A model generated the notes under the pieces. That model saw only the letters and a program-made list of their open reading frames with translations. It was not told the DNA's origin and ran no database searches. The position numbers and the translations under genes are program-made. Below are positions 29,919-38,786 of a stretch of DNA of 64,000 nucleotides, in pieces. The stretch is from an uncultured Chloroflexia bacterium. Lineage in GTDB: Bacteria; Chloroflexota; Limnocylindria; Limnocylindrales; CSP1-4. Positions within the stretch are counted from its first letter, which is position 1. The number at the start of each line of letters is the position of its first letter. The stretch spans positions 224,001 through 288,000 of the forward strand of contig CAVPPB010000003.1 of assembly GCA_963707215.1 (NCBI GenBank). Direction: 5' to 3'.

Positions 29919-31412
29919 TCAGGTTCCCACGCCCAGGCGGTGCAGGGTCGGGGCGAGCGCCGGGTAGAGCGATCGGTACAGGGCATGCGCCTCTGCGTAT
30001 GCCGGGGCATCGGGACCCGGCGACGCCGCCACGGAGACGTCGACCCCGGCGGTCGCCTGCCGCGCATCCGGATGCCACCCTGCGCCGACGCTGGCGAGCG
30101 CTGCAGCCCCGTACGCGGCTCCCTCCGGGGTGCCGACGAGGGCGATCTCGGCGCCCAGCACGTCCGCCAGGATCTGGCGCCATAGGGGGCTTGCCGTCCC
30201 TCCGCCCGACGCCCGGATCTGGGTCGGCAGCGGCATGCCGGCATCGACCATCAGGTCGAGCCCGTCGCGGAGCCCGAAGGCGACACCTTCGAGGACGGCA
30301 CGGGTCAGGTGGCGCCGGTCATGGGCAACGGTCAGGCCGACGAAGGCGCCCCGGGCCATCGGATCCGGGTGGGGGCTCCGCTCGCCGGTCAGGTACGGCA
30401 GGAACAGCAGCCCGTCGCTCCCCGGTGGGACATCAGCCGCCTGCGCGACGAGGTCTCCGAACTCCGCGCCGGGAGCCAGGGCATCACGGAACCAGCGCAG
30501 GCTGCCCGCCGCCGAGAGCATGACGGACATCAGGTGCCACCGCGCCGGCACAGCGTGGCAAAAGGCGTGCACCCGACCCTGATCCTCGCGCAGCGGGCCG
30601 TCGGTCGCCGCGAACACGACGCCGGAGGTCCCCAGCGAGAGGGCGACCGTGCCCTCGTCGATGACGCCGACCCCGACGGCGTTGGCGCTCTGGTCGCCGC
30701 CGCCGGCGACGACCGGCGTCCCGGCTCGGAGGCCGGTCGCCGCCGCGGCCGCCGCGGTGAGCAGGCCGGTGACCTCGGGCCCTTCGAAGGTCGGCGGCAA
30801 CCACGATGGGTCGATCTGCAGAGCGCCGACGAGCTCCTCCGACCAGTCCCGGGCCGCGAGGTCGAAGAGGATCGTCCCCGATCCGTCGGCCTTGTCCATG
30901 GCGTGCTCGCCCGTGAGACGCAGCCGGACGTGGTCCTTGGGCAGCAGGATGTGGGCCGTCCGTCGCCACACGTCCGGCTCTCGATCGCGCACCCAGACGA
31001 GCTTCGGTGCGGTGAAGCCGGTCAGCGCGTCGTTCCCCGTGATCTCCACCAGCCGTCGTGGCCCCACGGTCTCCCGGATCGCGTCGCACTCCTCCGCGGT
31101 CCGCTGGTCGTTCCACAGGATCGCCGGCCGCAGCACGGTGTCCCGGTCGTCGAGCAGCACCAGGCCGTGCATCTGGCCGGTCAGCCCGATCGCGGCGACA
31201 TCGGACCCGGCGACACCGGTCGAGGTGAGCGCGGCCCGGATCGCGTCACGTGTGCCGGTCCACCACAGCTCGGGATCCTGCTCGCTCCAGAGCGGCCGGG
31301 GGACGCTGTACCCGTACTCCGACACACCGATGCCGGTGACGGCGCCGCCCTCGTCGACGAGGACCGCCTTGGTCGCCGTCGTCGAGACATCGATCCCGAT
31401 GACGTGCGGCAT
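29919..31412 (-). CDS. xylB: Xylulokinase
   Basis: [42 protein letters not shown]; follows xylA. Confidence 0.93.
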   Translation of the reverse strand: MPHVIGIDVSTTATKAVLVDEGGAVTGIGVSEYGYSVPRPLWSEQDPELWWTGTRDAIRAALTSTGVAGSDVAAIGLTGQMHGLVLLDDRDTVLRPAILWNDQRTAEECDAIRETVGPRRLVEITGNDALTGFTAPKLVWVRDREPDVWRRTAHILLPKDHVRLRLTGEHAMDKADGSGTILFDLAARDWSEELVGALQIDPSWLPPTFEGPEVTGLLTAAAAAATGLRAGTPVVAGGGDQSANAVGVGVIDEGTVALSLGTSGVVFAATDGPLREDQGRVHAFCHAVPARWHLMSVMLSAAGSLRWFRDALAPGAEFGDLVAQAADVPPGSDGLLFLPYLTGERSPHPDPMARGAFVGLTVAHDRRHLTRAVLEGVAFGLRDGLDLMVDAGMPLPTQIRASGGGTASPLWRQILADVLGAEIALVGTPEGAAYGAAALASVGAGWHPDARQATAGVDVSVAASPGPDAPAYAEAHALYRSLYPALAPTLHRLGVGT

Positions 31413-31414
31413 CG

Positions 31415-32785
31415 TCAGCGCGGGGTGGGGTCGCCGCTGTCCGTGGCGCCGCCGCGGACCGCCCAGATCCGCTGGTTGACTGCGTTCTCCAGCAGCTCCT
31501 GGCGACCCGAGACCGGCCACGGGTCGATCTCGCCGCCGGTGACGCGGGCCTCGAGGTCCTCCAGGGACGCTCCGCCCGCGACGATCGCCGCCCCTAGCTC
31601 GCCTGACCAGCCGGCGTAGCGGGCGTCGCGCGGAGCCTCCAGGGTGCCCCGCTCGAGCATGTCGGCCGCCACCAGCAGCGACAGCGCGACGGTGTCGATG
31701 CCGCCGACGTGGCCGTGGAACAGGTCGGTCCGGTCGAGGCTCTGGCGGCGCAGCTTGGCGTCGAAGTTGAAGCCGCCGGTGGTGAAGCCGCCGCCACGCA
31801 GGATCTCGTAGAGGGCCAGCGACACTTCCTCGACCGAATTCGGGAACTGGTCCGTGTCCCAGCCGTTCTGGTAGTCGCCCCGGTTGGCGTCGATGCTGCC
31901 GAAGTAGCCGCCGGCGACCGCCGTCGCGACCTCGTGGTGGAAGCTGTGGCCGGCAAGAGTGGCGTGGTTCGCCTCGATGTTGACCCGGTACTCGCCGTCG
32001 AGGCCGTGGCGGACCAGGAAGCCCTGGACGGTCGCCGAGTCGTAGTCGTACTGGTGCTTCGTCGGCTCCTGGGGCTTGGGCTCGATGAGGAGCGATCCCT
32101 CGAAGCCGATGCGGTGCTTGTGCTCGACGACGAGGTGCAGGAAGCGGGCGAACTGGGCCTCCTCACGGGCGAGGTCGGTGTTCAGGAGGGTCTCGTACCC
32201 CTCGCGGCCGCCCCACAGGACGTAGTTCGCGCCGTTGAGCCGCTTGGTGACCTCCAGCATGACCTTGACCTGGGCCGCCGCGTACGCGAACACCTCCGGA
32301 TCCGGGTTCGTCGCGGCCCCCGCCGCGTAGCGCGGGTTGCTGAACAGGTTGGCCGTGCCCCAGAGCAACCGCTTGCCCGTCCGGGCCATCTGCTCCTCGA
32401 TCAGGTCGACGACCGCGAGCAGGTGAGCCTTCGTCTCGGCGAAGCTGCCGACCTCGGGGGCGACGTCCCGATCGTGGAAGGTGAAGAACGGGACGCCCAG
32501 CTTGACCAGGAACTCGAAGGCAGCAGCAATCTTGGGCTCGGCCGCGGCCATCGGCCCCAGGCCTGGGGCCAGCCAAGGCCGGTCGAAGGTCCCGGCACCG
32601 AAGACGTCGGAGCCAGGCCAAGCGAACGAGTGCCAGAGGCAGACGGCCAGCCGGAGCTGGTCCTCCATCCGTGTGCCCAGGACGATCCGGTCCGGCTGGT
32701 AGACCTTGAAGGTCAGGGGATCGTCCGAGTCGAGCCCGCCGAACTGGAGCGGCCCGTCCACCTCGGTGAAGAACGCTTCGGCCAT
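31415..32785 (-). CDS. xylA: Xylose isomerase (class II)
   Basis: [42 protein letters not shown]. Confidence 0.95.
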   Translation of the reverse strand: MAEAFFTEVDGPLQFGGLDSDDPLTFKVYQPDRIVLGTRMEDQLRLAVCLWHSFAWPGSDVFGAGTFDRPWLAPGLGPMAAAEPKIAAAFEFLVKLGVPFFTFHDRDVAPEVGSFAETKAHLLAVVDLIEEQMARTGKRLLWGTANLFSNPRYAAGAATNPDPEVFAYAAAQVKVMLEVTKRLNGANYVLWGGREGYETLLNTDLAREEAQFARFLHLVVEHKHRIGFEGSLLIEPKPQEPTKHQYDYDSATVQGFLVRHGLDGEYRVNIEANHATLAGHSFHHEVATAVAGGYFGSIDANRGDYQNGWDTDQFPNSVEEVSLALYEILRGGGFTTGGFNFDAKLRRQSLDRTDLFHGHVGGIDTVALSLLVAADMLERGTLEAPRDARYAGWSGELGAAIVAGGASLEDLEARVTGGEIDPWPVSGRQELLENAVNQRIWAVRGGATDSGDPTPR

Positions 32786-32838
32786 GATCAGCACTCCTGT
32801 GCCATGGGGCCGATGCCCCTGCTGCTCGTCATCAGGTC

Positions 32839-32861
32839 GTTTGTACGAGGTTATCACAAAC
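32839..32861. promoter_or_regulatory. Palindromic putative XylR/ROK operator upstream of xylA
   Basis: GTTTGT-ACGAGGTTATC-ACAAAC, perfect 6-bp inverted repeat in an AT-rich patch. Confidence 0.65.
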
Positions 32862-33009
32862 CCGCAGCGCGGCGTGCGGCCAGCGACACCCTGCCGAGCT
32901 CGGTGACCGCGCGGCCGACCGCCCACTCGAGCATCGAGGCCCACAGCGGCCGTGCGTTTCGGGCACTTTGCCCGGAGACCGGGCTTGCGACGTTGAGTAC
33001 GGTGATGGC

Positions 33010-34599
33010 ATGGCGATGCTCGCCCCTGGGACCGCTGCCGTGGTCTTCGACCTCGACGGCGTGGTCACCGACACCGCCGCTGTCCACGCCGCTGCATGGA
33101 AGCGCCTCTTCGACGAGTTCCTGGAGGCGCAGGCCGAGGCGACCGGCACATCGCAGCCGCCGTTCGACCTCGACACCGACTACCGGCGCCACGTCGACGG
33201 GCGACCGCGCTATGACGGCGTCCGCGGGTTCCTGGCCTCGCGGGGCATCGAGCTGCCCGAGGGCGATCCGGCCGACCCACCGGACTCCGGGACGGTCCAG
33301 GGCCTCGGCAACCGCAAGAACGGCTACTTCCTCGAGCGGCTCCGCGAGTCGGGGGCCCGACCCTACGGGTCGACCGTCGAACTCGTCCACGCCCTGGCGG
33401 CCATCGGCATCCCTTCGGCCGTCATCTCGGCGAGCGAGAACGCCCGGGCCGTTCTCGAGGCGGCCGGTCTGGGCGAGCTCTTCGAGACCCGGGTGGACGG
33501 CGTCGTCGCCCACCAGCTCGGCCTGGCCGGCAAGCCGGATCCGGCCGTGTTCATCGAGGCGGCCCGTCGGCTCGGGGCTCCACGGGAGCGAGCGGTCGTG
33601 GTCGAGGACGCTCTCGCCGGCGTCCAGGCGGGTGCCGCCGGTGGGTTCCTCCAAGTCGTCGGCGTCGATCGGAGCGGCCATCCCCGGGCCCTCGCCGAGG
33701 CCGGTGCAGACGTGGTGGTCAGCGATCTCGAGGAGCTCGATCTCCCGAGCGGCACCGCAGGGCGCACCCCCGCCCGGACGATCGACCGGCTTCCGTCCGC
33801 CCTTCGGCACGTCGGCGAGATCGAGGCCCGCGCCGACGGGAAGCAGGTCGCCCTCTTCCTCGACTACGACGGCACCCTGACGCCGATCGTCGACGACCCC
33901 GCCCGGGCGCTGCTGCCGGAGGCGACCCGTTCGGCGATCGAGCGCCTGGCAGGGGCCCTTCCAGTGGCGATCGTCAGTGGTCGCGACCTGGCCGATGTCC
34001 GGCGGCTGGTGGGGATCGGCGGGCTCTGGTACGCGGGAAGCCACGGCTTCGACATCGTGAGTCCCACCGGGGAGCGGCACGAGCGGGCACCCGATACCCT
34101 GCCGTCGCTCGACGACGCCGAGCACGAGCTCCGGCCGCTCCTCGAGGCCATCCCCGGTGCCCGCCTGGAACGGAAGCGCTACGCCGTCACCGCCCACTTC
34201 CGGGGCGTCCCGGAGGATCGCATCGACGACGTGGAGGTCGCGGTCGCCTCGGTCGAGGCGGCCTGCCCGGACCTTCGCATCACCGGAGGCAAGAAGGTCC
34301 TGGAGCTGCGACCGGACATCGCCTGGGACAAGGGCCGGGCGATCCACTGGCTCCTGCAGACCCAGGGTCTCGACCGACCCGACGTGTTGCCGGTGTACAT
34401 CGGCGACGACGTGACCGACGAGGATGGGTTCCGGGCGCTCGGTCGACGCGGGATCGGCATCGTCGTCCGCGGCGAGGCCGACGAGCGACCGACGAGCGCC
34501 CTCTTCGCCATCGACGACACCACCGACGTCCCGACCCTTCTCGAGCGCCTCCGCCGGGCGACCGACAGCCAGCGCGACGGCGGTGCCGGAGGACGGTAG
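33010..34599 (+). CDS. otsB: Fusion of a beta-phosphoglucomutase-like HAD domain and trehalose-6-phosphate phosphatase
   Basis: [19 protein letters not shown]; then [31 protein letters not shown]. Confidence 0.82.
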   Translation: MAMLAPGTAAVVFDLDGVVTDTAAVHAAAWKRLFDEFLEAQAEATGTSQPPFDLDTDYRRHVDGRPRYDGVRGFLASRGIELPEGDPADPPDSGTVQGLGNRKNGYFLERLRESGARPYGSTVELVHALAAIGIPSAVISASENARAVLEAAGLGELFETRVDGVVAHQLGLAGKPDPAVFIEAARRLGAPRERAVVVEDALAGVQAGAAGGFLQVVGVDRSGHPRALAEAGADVVVSDLEELDLPSGTAGRTPARTIDRLPSALRHVGEIEARADGKQVALFLDYDGTLTPIVDDPARALLPEATRSAIERLAGALPVAIVSGRDLADVRRLVGIGGLWYAGSHGFDIVSPTGERHERAPDTLPSLDDAEHELRPLLEAIPGARLERKRYAVTAHFRGVPEDRIDDVEVAVASVEAACPDLRITGGKKVLELRPDIAWDKGRAIHWLLQTQGLDRPDVLPVYIGDDVTDEDGFRALGRRGIGIVVRGEADERPTSALFAIDDTTDVPTLLERLRRATDSQRDGGAGGR

Positions 34600-34601
34600 G
34601 C

Positions 34602-37028
34602 ATGACCGCTTCGCGCCCGATCGTCGGCGACCAGACCCTCGCGTACGAGGGCTACGACCCATCGGAAGAGCCACTCCGGGAGGCCCTCTGCACGCTCGGC
34701 AACGGTTACTTCGCGACGCGCGGCGCCGCTCCTGAATGCTGGGCCGATGGGACCCACTATCCCGGCACCTACGTGGCCGGCCTCTATGACCGGATGACGA
34801 GCGTCGTGGCTGGTCGCCGGATCCGCAACGAGGACCTCGTCAACGTCCCGAACTGGCTGGTGCTGCGGCTCCGTACGGGGCGCAGCGGCTGGGTCTCGCT
34901 GGACGGACCGGGCCTCCTCGAACATCGCCAGGAGCTCGACCTTCGGCGCGGGATCCTGACCCGCCGCTCCAGGTTCCGCGACAGGGCGGGGCGGACCACC
35001 TCGGTCACCCAGCGCCGGTTCGTCAGCATGGCGGACCCCCACCTAGCGGGGCTCGAGACGACCATCGTTGCCGAGGATTGGTCGGGCACGGTCACGGTCC
35101 GATCGGGCCTCGATGGCGGCGTCGTCAACTCGGGTGTCGCCCGCTACCGGGCGCTTCGAGGCGACCACCTGGCCCGCCCGACGACGGCCGAGGCGGACGC
35201 TGAGACGATCCTGCTGACGACCCGGACGAAGGGCTCCCGAGTGAAGGTCGCCGAGGCTGCCCGTACGAGGGTCACCCGGGATGGGGACACGGCGCCCGGA
35301 GTCAGGCGACGACTCGTCAGCGACGACGCGACGATCGCCCACGACCTGCGGATCCCGACCGAGGAAGGAGTGCCGGTCACGGTCGAGAAGATCGTCTCCC
35401 TCTACACCTCCAGGGACCAGGGGATCTACGAGCCATCCCATGCGGCCAGCAGCTGGATCGCCCGGGCCGGCTCCTTCGACGAGCTCCTCGGGCGCCACAT
35501 CCGCGCCTGGGACCGCGTCTGGCGGCGCTGCGACATCCGGACCGCGGGATCGTCGCCGCGCGCCCAGGCCATCCTCCGGCTCCACATCTTCCACCTGCTC
35601 CAGACCGTCTCGGAGAACACGATCGACCTCGACGTCGGGGTCCCGGCTCGCGGGCTCCACGGCGAGGCCTACCGGGGCCACATCTTCTGGGACCAGCTGT
35701 TCATCCTGCCCTTCCTGAATCTCCGGCTGCCGGTCCTCAGCCGGACCCTCCTTGGCTACCGGTACCGGCGGCTCCCCGCGGCCCGCTGGGCGGCCGCCCA
35801 GGCGGGTCTGCCCGGTGCCATGTACCCCTGGCAGAGCGGCAGCGACGGCCAGGAGGAGAGCCAGGCGTTCCACCTCAATCCCCGCTCGGGGAACTGGCTG
35901 CCCGACCATTCCCACCTCCAGCGCCACGTCGGGATCGCCATCGCCTACAACGTCTGGGTCCACTTCCAGGCGACCGGCGACATCCAGTTCCTGCGCTTCC
36001 GGGGAGCCCCGATGCTGCTGGAGGTCGCCCGGTTCCTCGCCTCGCTGAGCACGTATGACCGGGCGACCGACCGGTACGGGATCCGTGGCGTGCTGGGTCC
36101 GGACGAGTACCACGACGCGTATCCGGACGCCGCCGAGCCCGGGCTCGACAACAACGCCTATACGAACGTCATGACGGCGTGGGTGCTCTGTCGAGCGCTC
36201 GACGTCATCGAGCTCCTCTCCGAGCATCACCGCCAGGAGGTCTGCGAGGAGCTGGACCTGACGCGCGATGAGCTCGACCGCTGGGACGACATCAGCCGGA
36301 AGATGGTCGTCCCCTTCCACGATGGCCGGATCATCAGCCAGTTCGAGGGCTACGCCGATCTCCTGGAATTCGACTGGGCCGGCTACCAGCGACGGTACGG
36401 GGACATCCACCGACTCGACCGGATCCTGGAGGCGGAAGGCGACAGCCCGAACCGGTACAAGGCCTCCAAGCAGGCCGACGTGCTCATGCTCTTCTACCTC
36501 CTCTCTGCCGAAGAGGTCGTCGAGCTGCTCGGGCGCCTCGGCTATGACTTCGACGCCGAGACCGACCTGCGGGCCAACGTCGAGTACTACCTGGCACGGA
36601 CCTCGAACGGCTCGACGCTGAGCCGCGTCGTGAGCTCATGGGTGCTCGCGCGCCTCGACCGGCGACGCTCGTGGGAGCTGCTTCTCGACGCCCTCGAGAG
36701 CGACGTCGCGGACGTCCAGGGCGGGACGACGTCGGAGGGCATCCACCTGGGTGCGATGGCTGGGACGGTGGACCTCGTCCAGCGCTGCTACGCCGGGATC
36801 GAGACCCGCGACGACACCCTCTGGCTGGATCCCCGCCTTCCCGACGAGATGCCGCGCCTCGAGCTCAGCCTCCACTACCGGGGTCACCGGCTGGAGGTCG
36901 ACATCGACCGCGATCGACTGTGGGTCCGGGCCCGCCCGGGCGTCGCTGCCCCGATCCGGCTGGGCCTGCGCGGCGAGGTGACGACCCTCGCGGCCGGCCA
37001 GGCCCGCGAGATCCGACTCGCCGGCTGA
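34602..37028 (+). CDS. GH65 glycoside phosphorylase (trehalose/trehalose-6-phosphate phosphorylase-like)
   Basis: TLGNGY, ARGLHGEAYRGHIFWD, GPDEYH, KQAD, GSTLS, EGIHLGAMAG. Confidence 0.9.
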   Translation: MTASRPIVGDQTLAYEGYDPSEEPLREALCTLGNGYFATRGAAPECWADGTHYPGTYVAGLYDRMTSVVAGRRIRNEDLVNVPNWLVLRLRTGRSGWVSLDGPGLLEHRQELDLRRGILTRRSRFRDRAGRTTSVTQRRFVSMADPHLAGLETTIVAEDWSGTVTVRSGLDGGVVNSGVARYRALRGDHLARPTTAEADAETILLTTRTKGSRVKVAEAARTRVTRDGDTAPGVRRRLVSDDATIAHDLRIPTEEGVPVTVEKIVSLYTSRDQGIYEPSHAASSWIARAGSFDELLGRHIRAWDRVWRRCDIRTAGSSPRAQAILRLHIFHLLQTVSENTIDLDVGVPARGLHGEAYRGHIFWDQLFILPFLNLRLPVLSRTLLGYRYRRLPAARWAAAQAGLPGAMYPWQSGSDGQEESQAFHLNPRSGNWLPDHSHLQRHVGIAIAYNVWVHFQATGDIQFLRFRGAPMLLEVARFLASLSTYDRATDRYGIRGVLGPDEYHDAYPDAAEPGLDNNAYTNVMTAWVLCRALDVIELLSEHHRQEVCEELDLTRDELDRWDDISRKMVVPFHDGRIISQFEGYADLLEFDWAGYQRRYGDIHRLDRILEAEGDSPNRYKASKQADVLMLFYLLSAEEVVELLGRLGYDFDAETDLRANVEYYLARTSNGSTLSRVVSSWVLARLDRRRSWELLLDALESDVADVQGGTTSEGIHLGAMAGTVDLVQRCYAGIETRDDTLWLDPRLPDEMPRLELSLHYRGHRLEVDIDRDRLWVRARPGVAAPIRLGLRGEVTTLAAGQAREIRLAG

Positions 37029-37041
37029 CCCGTCAGGCCCG

Positions 37042-38016
37042 TCAGGCGGGGGCCACCGCCCGCATCGCGTCGCCGACCGCACGGGCGACGGCATCGGCGG
37101 CGAGCGCTCCGACGATGGTGACCGCGGCCGGGCCCCAGGGATGGGCCTCGATCGCCGACCCCGGCTCGCTCAGCGCGAACACGGCGTCACCGTCGACGCC
37201 GCTGTGGACCGGCCGGATCGTCCGGGCCAACCCGTCGTGACCCATCGCCGCCACCTGGGCGAGCTGGGCTTTGGTCAGGCGAGCGTTGGTGGCGACGACG
37301 GCGAGCGTGGTCTGCCCGCGGGCGATGGCGATGTCGTCGAGGGCCGGCACCCGGCCGGGGCCCCCGAACCGACCGTGCGGTCGGACCTCTCCGGCGGCAT
37401 TGACCACCACCATGGCACCGACGACCAGCTCGCCGCCGGGCCGGCCGACGCAGAGGCTGGCATGGCCGAGGCCGCCCTTCCGGCGCTCCCCGCTGATGCC
37501 GCCCGTCCAGGCCCCGACGCCGGCGCCCACGGCCCCGGAATCGGGACGGACGCGTGGGCCATCGAGCGCCGACCGCACCGCTCGCCGACCATCGGCCGGA
37601 CCGGGGCGCCGAGCCGGGTCGCCGTGACCGAGGTCGAAGAGGACCGCCGCCGCGACGATCGGGATGACCGCCCGGCGCTCGTCCCACTCGATCGGCAGGC
37701 CGATGCCGCGGCGCTCCAGCTCGTCGACCGCCCCGTCGGCCGCGGCCAGGCCGAAGACGCTCCGGCCGACGAACAGGACGGCGTGGACCCGCTCGCCTGA
37801 TGCGAGCGGGCCGAGCGCATCGGTCTCGCGGGTGCCGGGAGCCGCACCGCGGACGTCGACGGACCCGACGGCTCCGGCCGGGACGACGACCGCGCTGACG
37901 CCCGTGTCGGGAGCGGGCGCCCCGGGCCCGGAGACGTCGGCCCGACCGACGTGGACCCCTGCGACGTCATGAAGCGAATCGGTCGGACCGCGACGAGGGC
38001 GATCCGACGGGCTCAA
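37042..38016 (-). CDS. P1/S58 (DmpA/ThnT-like) aminopeptidase family protein
   Basis: VDVRGAAPGTRETD, FGLAAADG, VATNARL, HDGLARTIRPVH, DGDAVF. Confidence 0.82.
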   Translation of the reverse strand: MSPSDRPRRGPTDSLHDVAGVHVGRADVSGPGAPAPDTGVSAVVVPAGAVGSVDVRGAAPGTRETDALGPLASGERVHAVLFVGRSVFGLAAADGAVDELERRGIGLPIEWDERRAVIPIVAAAVLFDLGHGDPARRPGPADGRRAVRSALDGPRVRPDSGAVGAGVGAWTGGISGERRKGGLGHASLCVGRPGGELVVGAMVVVNAAGEVRPHGRFGGPGRVPALDDIAIARGQTTLAVVATNARLTKAQLAQVAAMGHDGLARTIRPVHSGVDGDAVFALSEPGSAIEAHPWGPAAVTIVGALAADAVARAVGDAMRAVAPA

Positions 38017-38052
38017 GGCTCGACCGGCGGGACGGGCACCACGGCGGGCGCG

Positions 38053-38604
38053 TCAGCCGCCGGGCGTCGGGCCGAAGAGGAGCGACAGCCATGACTCGAG
38101 CGGGCTCGAGTCACGCGCCGCGGCCCCGAGGCGGACGGCAGCCGACCCCGGGGCGTCGCCCGGCAGCTCGGGCGCGTCGGCCTCCAGTCGGAAGGCGATC
38201 TCGTCGGTCCCGCCGAGGCGGTACGCACGGGCCTCCTGGCGGATGAACGCCTCGCGCTGGACGAGGTCGAGTTCGTCGGCGAGGTCCGCGACCTGGACCG
38301 AGAGGGCGGTGTTCTCGCTCGCCAGCTGACCGGCTCGGGCCGTCGCGGCCTGGGCCTCGCTCACCTGGCGGGCGAAAGCAAAGATGATCCAGGCGGTGAC
38401 GAGCACCGAGAGGCCGAAGGCGACGCGCCGGCGGGTCAGCCCGGCGATCGGCAGGTCCCGGAGGCTCGGCACGGCCGGGCGGGAACCCTCGCTGCCGTCG
38501 GCGCCGGTCGGATCCTCCCGCGGGTCGGGGCCGACGGCCGCCTCGAGGCCCGGTTCGAGGACCGGCTCATCTGGGTCGAGCGGAGCGGCGGACCGGGCAT
38601 CCAT
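38053..38604 (-). CDS. FtsB/DivIC-like septum formation initiator
   Basis: Single TM helix, coiled coil, then FIRQEARAYRLGGTDEI, matching the DivIC AR..L....E pattern. Confidence 0.65.
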   Translation of the reverse strand: MDARSAAPLDPDEPVLEPGLEAAVGPDPREDPTGADGSEGSRPAVPSLRDLPIAGLTRRRVAFGLSVLVTAWIIFAFARQVSEAQAATARAGQLASENTALSVQVADLADELDLVQREAFIRQEARAYRLGGTDEIAFRLEADAPELPGDAPGSAAVRLGAAARDSSPLESWLSLLFGPTPGG

Positions 38605-38751
38605 CGGCCGGAGGGTAGCTGCCCCGATTCCGCGTGTCAACTCAGGGCATCGCCGCTTCGCCTGGGCTTCATCAGCCGCTCGAGCGTTCGTGTGACAACC
38701 AAGGTGGCACGCGGGCCGTCGAGCGTCGGTGCTATCCTGCCCAGGCGATAC

Positions 38752-38765
38752 AGAACATCCGTTCT
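38752..38765. promoter_or_regulatory. Putative LexA (SOS) box AGAAC-N4-GTTCT upstream of mrfA
   Basis: AGAACATCCGTTCT between a TATCCT -10 (38733-38738) and the AGGAG RBS. Confidence 0.7.
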
Positions 38766-38786
38766 GTTCGAGTCCCAGGAGAGCCG

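Noticed and set aside
23359-32785. Non-hydrolytic glycoside-cleavage (3-keto) pathway from Gfo/Idh/MocA plus an isomerase-like protein
   Set aside because: The isomerase is a canonical class II XylA paired with XylB, not an AP-endonuclease-2-type lyase.
16901-37028. tRNA-anchored integrative element
   Set aside because: No integrase, no duplicated tRNA 3' end and no obvious compositional shift; the sugar block lies on the 5' side of the tRNA.
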